Positions 1 through 9,848 of a stretch of 37,193 nucleotides of DNA are shown piece after piece. Every line of letters starts with the position of its first letter. The stretch's first letter is position 1. Made by a program: the position numbers and the translations under genes. The DNA comes from Basidiobolus meristosporus CBS 931.73 (taxonomy: Eukaryota > Fungi > Basidiobolomycota). The DNA is taken from contig MCFE01000774.1 of assembly GCA_002104905.1 (NCBI GenBank), positions 1 through 37,193 on the forward strand, given 5' to 3'. A model generated the notes under the pieces. It searched no databases. It was given only the letters and a program-made list of their open reading frames with translations, and was not told where the DNA came from.

Positions 1-1069
1 AAACGTGAATAGCCCAATGCACACCGCTACCACACCAAAAACACTCCCAGCCACAGCAGGAATCACCACCTTAGAAGAGTCTTTGTGCTCATTACCGCCA
101 CTGCCCTCGGCGGCAGTTGCCACAGATTTATCATCTGTGGAAGGCGAGGGCACTGTGGGAGTCTGAGGGATCACTGTGTTTTTGTAATCGGTCGGCAAAT
201 CATGTGCAGGGCTGTCGGGCTCGATTACTGAACTGGGCGAGGAGGTCGGGGCGAGAGTTGGAATAACCTCCACTATGGATGAGAGGCCTTGTGTAGGGGC
301 AGGCCCCTCGGTATCTGTAGCGTAGGAAGAGAAGCTCGGAGGCGATTGGCTCTTGTGGACAGAAGACCCAGCAACGGCCGTTGGCGTTATGGTGAGTGCC
401 GGCTTGGCCTTGGTGGGCTTTGGCGAGGGCTTGCCAGTGGATGAGGCGGAGGTACCACGATGCTTCTTCGATGCCGATGGAGTCGGTTGCTTCTTCGGAT
501 GGCCAGTGTCGTAGGTTGCCGCTGGCTGGCGGTGGTTGACGGTTTTTGTGACACGCTGGCCATTCTTGGTTCTGTGGTGGGGGACCTTGGTGGATGTCTT
601 ATGGATCGGCGTCTCACAAACTGATATGGTGTTGGATATGTTATGGGGGAGCCGCTTGTGTTCTGCGCAAATCAAAGAAGGAATTAAAATTAAATTGGCA
701 AAAAATGGATAAACAGCCCTCCCCATCAGGCCTGCATTGAGCCATATTACAAAAGGGAAAGGGTGCGTACGGGTATATGACCAGCGATGCAAGTGGCTGG
801 GAAACCACGCATAATGATTGCCAACGGTAACTCAAATTAAGCCACTTACCCAATGGAATGCAAGAGATTTTGGGGCCAATAGGCACTTCGAGACATCGAC
901 TTGGGCATGATTTGTTCAGTTTACATTTTTTGTTACAAGCTACTGGTTTGGCGTGGACTGTAGCCAGGAACAGGAGACTAATGCAAAGTACAAACAGACA
1001 TGCTCTTCTAAAAGGACGAATTCGAGTGGCTTTTTGTGATGTGGACACTTCTTTAATGGCTAGCAGCAT
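1..1069 (-). CDS. Single-pass (type I-like) membrane protein with signal-like N-terminus, small Cys-rich domain, Ser/Thr/Pro-rich stalk and TM helix; runs off the window start
   Basis: Exon 1 (1069-850) encodes MLLAIK...ACLFVLCISLLFLATVHA-KPVACNKKCKLNKSCPSRC...SCIPL and ends at a GTAAGT donor (849-844). A short exon (TCIAGHIP) probably follows. An open frame not in the ORF track runs from ~650 to 1: ISNTISVCETPIHKTSTKVPHH...S/T/P-rich...KVVIPAVAGSVFGVVAVCIGLFTF. The middle splice junction is not resolved. Confidence 0.7.
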
Positions 1070-3492
1070 TTTCTAAAGGAAGTGTGAAACAGGCAGTTCC
1101 AGAGGGTTGAGGAAGAGTACTGTGGAGTCAGTCAGGTTTGACGTAGAGAACGGAAAGGGTTAGTGCAAGTGGGGAGGCTTCTTATAGTATGGAATCAGAG
1201 GAAAAACCTGAGATAATGGATCAACATTAAGCGTATTGTTCTTCCTGCCAAGTGATGCTCTATAGTCGCTTGATCTTGTCACCAGGACACTAGCGCTCTA
1301 TGAACAAATGGTGTGTGTGTGAAATCAACGATGCAGGCGAACAATCAGCGGCTCACAATTCTAAAGGACGCAATCAATAAAATGAAAGGAGAAAATCACT
1401 TCGTTGCTGGGATGTTGGGGATAATATATAAGTTATTTTACCCTCACAGCGCTGTATGGTTGCACATGTAATTCATGAAGATTGCAAGTATGGGAATATA
1501 CGACTCAATTGGATTCCATGTAAATCCTGATTGTGATCAGTTGCTGATGATTTCGAGCCCAGCGGGATATGTGGATAGGGACCTTTGGATTGAAGATTTT
1601 TACCCAATTTCTCATTGTGTCCAGTTCGATTCGCTCCTGGGGTGTCACACCATGTTCCATATCAATCAGCAGGCTGCCAGTGATGGTTTGTCTGAGGCAA
1701 ACATGGTAGGTGGCCCATCGAGCTGCTCAGATGGCCCGATTGTTGCCAACTATAGCAGCCAGGTGGCCATGCTTGGGCCGTCCAACATCCCCTCTGCTTC
1801 TGCCTAGCTCACTGGGAGCGCATGCCCTACCCTCAACCTCTACTACCTCGGCCTGCCATGGCACAAGAAGCAAAAATCAGGAGAAGCCCACCCTTGCCAA
1901 ACCACTCGATCCAGACCAACTTAAATTGGATACCTGGCTTCAGCTGCGCAAGTGCGTCATACTAAATCAGGTCTCTGTGCATTAGATGCCGATAAGGCAA
2001 GTTCACTAACGCACATAATGCCACTTTAAATATGAGACAGTGAATCTCATTAAACTTCCTGGGCATTAGCTAAATGAGGCCTGCAGAGGATCATTAGCAC
2101 ATCAACTATGCCTTACTGTATGGAATCAATGATGTCTGATGTAGATACGCGATGTATAAGTTGCCATTACAGGAACTCATGAACAGTAATAGTCCTGCCA
2201 CGGTCTGTCTAAGGCGCCAATTAGGAATGCCCCTCCTCCTGCCCTGATGGCCTTCTGGATCTGGTTACTATAATTAGCTTCTCAATGTCCAGGTACATAG
2301 ATTTAGTTGCATTTCACTTGGACCAAATATAGATCCAATCTATTTCTATCCCACCGAACCACGACATGGTCTATCCTTAATAACCTGCCCTTAACAGGAC
2401 AGCAACTGCCACCAACCCAGGCCTCAAACAGGTCAAGGCACTATTGATGCCTAGTCCGGGAGAACGCTAAGCATTCTTTCGCTTGCGTCGATCAACGCTT
2501 TAATTCAACGGTGTATAGCATCTATAGGCCCAACAGGTTCTCGCGGCAACAGACGTGTCCAACCACGCACTCTGCTGCAGTGCTCGCCGAATGAGGCTTC
2601 TTGCCAACCTGCTTGGGGACTAGAGGCCGACGTCGAACATATATACCATCGGATTGACCTCTATTTCCATCACCGTTGCGAACGGCAAGAGGATCAGAAT
2701 CAGGAATCTTCGCGGACGTGCATACAAGCAGAGTGCTATATTTAGCAGCTAATATTGTATCAGATTCTTAGGACACGGTTTTCAGGCCCCGGGCCGGATA
2801 CGCGGTTGATTTATGCGCTATTTAATCAACTCCTGAGGTCACCGACACCAATCAACGTATGACCAATATCCTTAAACCCGAACAATTTTCTGCGTGCGAC
2901 GCGATACCACGGTGTGTATTGTGTGATGTTCTTATACCATCCGAAAATGACGTTTGGCAACCGGGTATTCCACTGCATAACGATAATCTACGCAGAGTTT
3001 GAACGATCTTGGCTGTACAGAACTAGTCGAAGCACTCCCGACCACAGCGGTGATGCCACATGTGCGTAAGCTTTGATCTGTTTTGAAGGCGATGGGGTCC
3101 GCTGGTGCCTTGTGCGTATCACAGATGTTGATCATGCTGGGCTGGAGATCAATGGCCAATTGATTTGGCAATCTCCCAGCCGCAAGTTGCGTATGTACAA
3201 TTCAGGTGCAAAATTAACCAAGGTGGTTAGTCAAATTGGGGGATTCTTAGATTTATGTACAATTGGTTGAACTCCGCGTCTTCTGCAAGGGAAAGTTCCC
3301 TACACGAAGTGCTGCTTGGCTATAGATGTATTACGGGGAGCTATCTCCAAAAATGCAACAATGAAATGAAATGCCTGTACAGGACTGACAACGCGTATTT
3401 ACACAATATGAGTGTTTTAGTGCAAAATGAGTTGGGTTCTATGGCCTATACAGAATGGGGGTGGTGAGAGTTGATACTGCGTAGTGTGTACA

Positions 3493-4326
3493 CTATATTG
3501 CGCACACATCGGGAAGGTTTTTTTTGGGGGTATAGAGGGTCGTGTCTGGACTAGGAATGCGAGACTTGCTGACTAACCTGAACTGCGGTATGACTGGCAG
3601 TTGTTGGTACTGATCGAGTATTTGGCTAGATGCATCTTGGATGTCTTGTATGCTAGCATCTATCACCTCCCACCATGGTTTTCCCTCAGCGGGGTCCCCC
3701 AGCTTCTCATCAAGATATTTGGATGCAATGTAAAGCGCTGCCGCTGCTACGATATGAGGGCGATACATCACGCATAAGGTTGTACGTAAGCTATCGTTTA
3801 AGAAGGCCCAGGCAGTTTGTGCAAGAGGTTTGGAGCCTCTTAATTCTTTGACAAATCGCAGCAAGCTCACATACGGATGTTCTATAGCCAGATCAAAGCA
3901 TATTGTTTCCATGACGATCTCTTCGTTATATAGGATCATGTCGCGCCATCTTTTGAACTCCTTAGAATCCTCATCCACCAGTAGTTGATCGTTCTTTTGA
4001 GCCTTTTGAACACAGACCACGATTAAATCTCGAAGTTTTCGTAAAGTCTCCTCTACTTTGGTGGCGATGAATAAACACGTAGCTCCGATATCATAGTAAT
4101 GGTAGTCCTTTAGCGACTTCCGCATGAAAAATCTGTGTAGCATAGTCGTTGCTGTGGCTAGAGTAAGTTGAGGGAGTTGTAGAGATCTGCCTACGCTGAC
4201 GATGAAATTGCATCCCTTGGCTCTCTCGATTAACTCGGTCTCGAATGGCGTGCCATCCTGGATGGAGGGAGTTCTCTCGAGCTCTTCTTTCTTGAAATAC
4301 CATTGACAACTGTAAGGAGTAGACAT
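3493..4326 (-). CDS. Transcriptional cyclin (cyclin K/T family, S. pombe Pch1-like), intronless
   Basis: QWYFKKEELERTPSIQDG...RAKGCNFIVSVGRSLQLPQLTLATATTMLHRFFMR...ATCLFIATKVEETLRKL; second cyclin box ETICFDLAIEHPY...AWAFLNDSLRTTLC. First ATG is at 4326 (the track start at 4347 is TTG). Confidence 0.92.
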   Translation of the reverse strand: MSTPYSCQWYFKKEELERTPSIQDGTPFETELIERAKGCNFIVSVGRSLQLPQLTLATATTMLHRFFMRKSLKDYHYYDIGATCLFIATKVEETLRKLRDLIVVCVQKAQKNDQLLVDEDSKEFKRWRDMILYNEEIVMETICFDLAIEHPYVSLLRFVKELRGSKPLAQTAWAFLNDSLRTTLCVMYRPHIVAAAALYIASKYLDEKLGDPAEGKPWWEVIDASIQDIQDASSQILDQYQQLPVIPQFRLVSKSRIPSPDTTLYTPKKNLPDVCAI

Positions 4327-4920
4327 CTTGAAGGGGATAGAGCTCAAAGTCTGTAATGAATATTATATGAAGAGGCTGGGGGTAAGAAGGGAAAGCAAGG
4401 CGATCAATTAGATTACCTCCTATGAAAAGCTTTTTTACCGAGTTTACCCGTAGGTATCATCTCCTGTATCAATTAAAATTCGTCGGCTGTTAATTTAAAA
4501 TTTCCTATTGTGATCACTATCGGTTAGCCTGGCGAAGCCCGTGAACTCACAGCACACCAGGCACACCATTCGTTGGGCCTGTTCAGAGCAGTACCCTATG
4601 GAGGCATCTTGTTTAGGTGCATTCTCCATAGCGTGCCACTCACTGCCGTCGTGTGAATCGCGAAAGCCCATTTCTCAATGGGTATCAGAGCAAGTCTTCG
4701 CGTCACTTGCAATCTGATTACCTAATCAGTGTCAAGCCACAGTGGCTATTTTGGAAATTCTCAATGAATGAATAATTTATTTCTATATGCAACCCCATTG
4801 GCCCGGCTACTGGGATGAGATTGGGAGCCACGGTTGCATGCGGCGGCTGAAGTCACAGACTTTCGAGACACCAAGATATTCGAATCCCACCTCTGGGATG
4901 GAAGTTGGAATCCACGCCTC

Positions 4921-5412
4921 CTATCCTAGCAGTTTCTTGTAGATAGCCGAGCCGAGGCCCATGACCGAATTCAGCGTAGTATCAAACCCCACTTCTATTA
5001 GCCTAGATAGATTGCTAGAATCAAAGCTTCCCTTCGTGAGATCGCCATGTTGCGTGCCCTTGGGGATCTGAGAGGCACCGTCGGGGTTTTGATTGCCGGG
5101 GAAGGTAACTCCCTGTCGTTGTTGTCTCAGTTGCTTCAGTTGCTCAATCGCATCGAATGGGTTCAAGTCACTCCCTGCCAGTGATTGCAAGTGTTTCAGC
5201 TCCGGAGAGTTCTTGACGTTACATTGGTTGACATTGGTGGTAGCCAGCTTCCCAGCGGAGTAGAGTTTCAGAAGACACTTCGGGTCCAAAGTGGGTGCAA
5301 CAGAAGGGCTGAAGTCCAGGACGGGATTGAACACCAATGAGAATTGTGGTATGGGCCCCGATGCCACGAACCCAACGCACGCCATCAAGAACAGCAGCCC
5401 AGCAAAGCTCAT
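4921..5412 (-). CDS. Small secreted protein of unknown function (163 aa)
   Basis: ATG-initiated intronless ORF with a typical signal peptide MSFAGLLFLMACVGFVASG-P. No recognisable domain. Confidence 0.68.
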   Translation of the reverse strand: MSFAGLLFLMACVGFVASGPIPQFSLVFNPVLDFSPSVAPTLDPKCLLKLYSAGKLATTNVNQCNVKNSPELKHLQSLAGSDLNPFDAIEQLKQLRQQRQGVTFPGNQNPDGASQIPKGTQHGDLTKGSFDSSNLSRLIEVGFDTTLNSVMGLGSAIYKKLLG

Positions 5413-5743
5413 GTTGCTACCGATATGTAGAGTCAGAAGCCGACCAGGTTACTTCTTCCTTGCAACAGGTATAAATAGGGAAACCTGGTGGAGATGGTTG
5501 TTTCATCCCGTAAACCTCTGGAAAGCCGACGGTTTCACTCATCAGCAGGGTTGTGCTGAGATTTCTCCGAGAGCCCACCTCAACCACCGGCCACACAGTG
5601 TTTCAGGTGTGGTGTGGGAAATACTAGGGAAGCGTGCTTTCAGAATGGATACCAGTGTGCAAACACAAGTTTATTACAATTATACTGCGAGATTATTTGC
5701 AATCAAATTAGAAATGGGTAATAGCGCAAGCCAAAAAGGTGCA

Positions 5744-6844
5744 TCAATCCTCCACAAGACAGTCAGGTATAACCACTTTGAGCTTCTTTTTGGCATCGAA
5801 GATTCCCCAACTGGTTTCCAGCTGGTTGAACTGGATTTTCCATGGTGAGTCAAAGACCTCGAAGTAGAAGTACTTTAGCTTTAGTCGATTTGCCTTGCAC
5901 ACGAAGTCGTTCAGAAATAGTTGCAGGTTGTTTGTGTTGGGGATTGCTCCTTGGTGAGGATCTCCTCTGGTTGGCCAGCCCACTTCAGACACTATTCCAG
6001 CTTTCGAGGAAGGAAGGGAGCCTTGAATATTCTGCTTAAAATAGCTCATAGTCCAGTTGCTGGCATCTTGAGCCAAGGTGCCAGCGAAGTAGGGATGGAT
6101 GTTAGCCATCACCAGGTCCACTTTGTCGATCAGCTGGTTGTTGATTAGCGAGCCTATTTCACTGGTAAACACCGGGACATTCCAGTTTTTGCTTCGCAGC
6201 ATTTCTCTTAGATGGTCCATACGACTAAAAAGCTCCGTATCGTCCATCTCTTTGCGAAACAGAACCTCATTCCCAAGGGATATGCCATAGACATTATTTG
6301 TGCCGTACTTGCTCAACACTCTGACCAATTCTTTAGACTGCCTCTCGTAAGTAGCCGGATTGGAGTCTATCCAAACAGTCAGCACCACCTTCAGATCGAC
6401 TCCAAGCTGTTGGATGGCCTCCATAACCAGCTCCCCTTGATTGCAGTCCATGCCGTAAAGTCGCACCCGTCTAGTTAGCTGAGATATGAGCTTCAGTTCT
6501 GCCATGATATCGTCTTTAGTGGCCCCGCATTTCGGATATTGGGTGGATGGTGGTGAGTAACATAGTCCCCAGAATACATGTCGTAGGTTAGGATCTAAAT
6601 CCAGCGTCGTTGAAGACTTTGGAGAGAGGTAGCGTTTGAAGACATAAAAGCAGAAAAGTCCAGCCAGAGATAGAATTGAGACCAGTAGGAGGAGGAATAG
6701 GAAGAACCACCTCTTGGTTTTTAGGCTACGTTTCGTTGTGGCCTGCGTAAACTTCACAAATTCACTAGTACTGGACACTTCTGCTTTCTCTCCGATAGTA
6801 TCTTCTGCTGGAGAGAGACTCCTCGCCATTTCGAAGCTGACCAT
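5744..6844 (-). CDS. Glycoside hydrolase family 17 beta-1,3-glucanase/glucanosyltransferase with N-terminal membrane anchor (BtgC-type)
   Basis: TM segment WFFLFLLLLVSILSLAGLFCFYVF; GLCYSP, RVRLYGMDC, catalytic acid/base SLGNEVLFR, ANIHPYF, nucleophile SEVGWPT, YFYFEVFDSPWK, WGIFD. Confidence 0.93.
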   Translation of the reverse strand: MVSFEMARSLSPAEDTIGEKAEVSSTSEFVKFTQATTKRSLKTKRWFFLFLLLLVSILSLAGLFCFYVFKRYLSPKSSTTLDLDPNLRHVFWGLCYSPPSTQYPKCGATKDDIMAELKLISQLTRRVRLYGMDCNQGELVMEAIQQLGVDLKVVLTVWIDSNPATYERQSKELVRVLSKYGTNNVYGISLGNEVLFRKEMDDTELFSRMDHLREMLRSKNWNVPVFTSEIGSLINNQLIDKVDLVMANIHPYFAGTLAQDASNWTMSYFKQNIQGSLPSSKAGIVSEVGWPTRGDPHQGAIPNTNNLQLFLNDFVCKANRLKLKYFYFEVFDSPWKIQFNQLETSWGIFDAKKKLKVVIPDCLVED

Positions 6845-7513
6845 ATCTTGTACAATTTAACGGTTATGATTGGTTTTTGAGGGTTAAATAAGGTTTATGA
6901 GGTATTGTTAAGATTCGTTAGAATGGTTATTTAAGAACTCCAAGGTATTAATCTATTACAGTTTTTTCGTCTAATCCAGACGGGGAAAATGTCAACCGAC
7001 CATCCATATATACTACAAACATCGCTCCTCCGCCCGTATTTCCAAACCCAGGCTAACGTCACCCTGCTTAGACAGTCATTAAAGTATAACAGAGGTGGCG
7101 CTGCGGGTCGTTCACCGGATGAGTAGCTCAAATCAAGCTTTTAGTCAATAAAGAGCAGATGCATAAAACGCAAGTGAAACAATTCATGGAATTAGTAAGT
7201 AATCACTTTCAGCGAAGCTTAGCTGCTGTGGTTTCATGGAACTCAAAGATAAGCTCACAATTTTGCTACATTACTAAATGATTAATCAAGGCATGTATGA
7301 GACGCCAGGTACGTTTCTGTCAAACACTAGGTGTGGCTTAGTTTGCATGATCTCCTCGTATTCACGATAGGCAACAATGGCATGAACCATCGATGTTCGA
7401 AAGGTGGATTTATTTCTTTACTGCTGCCTACTCAAAGTGCAGCATTCTAGTTTCGGTCCGAAGACATGTTACATGAGAACAGCAATCTGACCTGGTTTCT
7501 CGCTGGGTGCTAT

Positions 7514-8317
7514 TTAGCATTGTAGTCTCGGATACTCTGACCAACTTGGCTGTACTTGTGGCAGGTAATATATGTCAGACATGACATACCCTAGCTTCTC
7601 TTCGTTGATTGTGTACATCGGCGCTTCTCCTAGAACTGGGTCACTTCCATCTTGATTCGAGGAGGAATCAATCACCCAAAGACTTGGCTTTAGTTTTGCA
7701 ACGTCGGTAACCCAGATGATATTTCTCAATGGCATTGTGTTGGCTGACCAATGGACTGTGGAATTGGCTTGGCACCAACCAAGATTATACGGGAAGTCCT
7801 CGTCAACCATTGGATATTCCTTGGCGTGGAACAATATTCCCACAGTCTTTTTATTAAGGAATAGATGGCCATGCCACAAATCCCATCTGTTGAGCTCCAC
7901 ATTCACACTCAACGTGCTTTTCAACCCCTCTTTGACACTATAAAACAGATTGCCCATGTATTTATCCACCGTAGGAAAGTTGCTGGAGTAAACAAAGGGG
8001 TCCTTCGCAAGAGAGCAGCGCCCGAAAGTCGAATATTCTCGCTTGGAGTCCATCGCCAATACATCCTTGAAATTGCCTGGGACCAGTTGATTTAGGAAAG
8101 ATTGGAATTCATTTTGAAGGGGGGCCTTTGGCAACCTTGCTAGACGTGTTGCGTGGCCAACCTTGTTATTTGACTCAGGGGCATTGACCAACGATTCGAT
8201 TAAAGCATTGCCAGGATAGTCAAAGTTACACTGGTCATCTCTACGCTGTAAAGGCGCACCGGCTACAAGAGAGCTTATTGCCAAGAAGATTGGGACGGAA
8301 CAAGCAAAGCCTTTCAT
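7514..8317 (-). CDS. Secreted protein of unknown function (267 aa from the likely ATG), intronless
   Basis: Signal peptide MKGFACSVPIFLAISSLVAG-APLQRR|DD with a dibasic kexin-type site; globular, motif-rich core (DLWHGHLF, GILFHAKEYP, FPYNLGWCQ, MPLRNIIW). Confidence 0.8.
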   Translation of the reverse strand: MKGFACSVPIFLAISSLVAGAPLQRRDDQCNFDYPGNALIESLVNAPESNNKVGHATRLARLPKAPLQNEFQSFLNQLVPGNFKDVLAMDSKREYSTFGRCSLAKDPFVYSSNFPTVDKYMGNLFYSVKEGLKSTLSVNVELNRWDLWHGHLFLNKKTVGILFHAKEYPMVDEDFPYNLGWCQANSTVHWSANTMPLRNIIWVTDVAKLKPSLWVIDSSSNQDGSDPVLGEAPMYTINEEKLGYVMSDIYYLPQVQPSWSEYPRLQC

Positions 8318-8874
8318 GTTGCTATTCGATGGATGACAATGTTTGGAAATCATTGGATCCGAATCCTGTGCTATATATACATAATCGTATATGTTGTAAT
8401 ACCGTTCATATTCCCCTTTGATCCAGACTTCATCTATGTGGTGTTACATCAAGAAAACAGTCATTGGTCTTGTTGAGGGCTGCAGGCAAGAAGAAAAAGC
8501 TAATCGAGGAATTCAATATTATCCGACAAATCAAAGCCTTATGTATCATGCTGTACCTTCAGGCGCCTTTATAAAAGGAAACCTATGGTTCTTGAAGAGA
8601 GTGCAGAAAATTTTCGGGCCCGCTTGGAAGATCCTTGACTCCTGTATCACCATCGATTGTAACCAAAAATAATGAAGGGAAAGCCAATCTGCATTGATAG
8701 AGATGGGCTTCATATCCATTCATCCACGGAGTGGTGCGTGTGAAGCAATATCAACAACATTGGTTAATATGCGAAACGGATGTTCGGAAAACTTGGAGAA
8801 CTGGGCGCAAATTCCCGGATGTACACACACCAGGACCAGAAAAATCCCCTTGCAGGATTCCTCTAGTCCACCTG

Positions 8875-8892
8875 TAACCCTAACCTAACCCT
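8875..8892. repeat. Short telomere-like (TAACCC)n tract
   Basis: taaccctaacctaaccct = about three units of TAACCC with a one-base deletion. Confidence 0.4.
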
Positions 8893-9848
8893 CGTTTGGC
8901 CATGAGAGTAATAGGATTTAATCAAGGCAAATGCTCCGATCCTCCACCTTCACTGTATGGCTCTCGCCGAAACTTTTGCTAGCAAAGCCTGGCTTACAGT
9001 AGGTGGGCCATCCCCAGTATCTTGGTGTCTTTCTTTTGTTTTGGTATGGGTTGTGCTGATCTCGTGCTCTGTTTGTGTCCAGGGGAAATGGGTAATGGCA
9101 ATTTCCAAGTTCTCAGGAGCTCCACGACAACATACAAACAACGTGATTTACAGCCACCATCATCGCTTGGTGACTGCGTCAGTTATCTAAGCCATTAGTC
9201 CTGCACATCAATTAGACATGTTTTTCGTGCAACAGTCATCTCTCGCACCAGCTGACTGGCTTTGATGGCATGTAAGTAGTCATTTTACAACTGATCCAAT
9301 CAGATCCCCTCTGTCCAGGCTATATATGGGAAACTCCGTCCTGACTTGAGGACCACTAGGCAACTGGTGTTTAGACTTGTTATCTAAAGCTCACACTGTG
9401 TGAAGTGGACCGACAAGCAAACCAGCGCCATGACGTATGTAGCATGAGTAAATTACATTGGAAAGATCTTGAATCTGGGACCTCGATGGTGTTTCGTGTA
9501 ATAGGTTGAATAATACCAGCATATACTCTCAAATCAAGAAACCTGGAATAGGCGTGCTCCCTTCATTGGCTGAATATTGGCTTTGTCATGCTACGTCTAT
9601 TCTACCCTTGGAGAACAGAGGCATTTACCATTTGAGACTTGAGGCGTATGAATCGCTTTTCTCACCATATTAATTAAGGAGTGATTTACACATGCCCAAT
9701 CATACACGACTTTCACCAACGATATCATATATAGTTTGAAATTCCAACGTGAGCTTTCATCTTTGCAAGCCTTCGAACTCCTTATATTTGTACGGCCTTG
9801 TTACCTTCCTCCGAAGAACCACACAGCTTTAGGGTTGAACGCAACGTG

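Noticed and set aside
2080-2096. cctgcagaggatcatta resembles the 18S rRNA 3' end (CCTGCGGAAGGATCATTA)
   Set aside because: No upstream 18S sequence (AAGTCGTAACAAGG) and no ITS/5.8S downstream; chance match.
4876-4892. tattcgaatcccacc resembles a tRNA T-loop
   Set aside because: No acceptor stem, D-arm/A-box or anticodon arm can be folded around it.
5291-5848. 185-aa plus-strand ORF bridging two minus-strand genes
   Set aside because: GTG start, overlaps two supported genes, no protein-like features.
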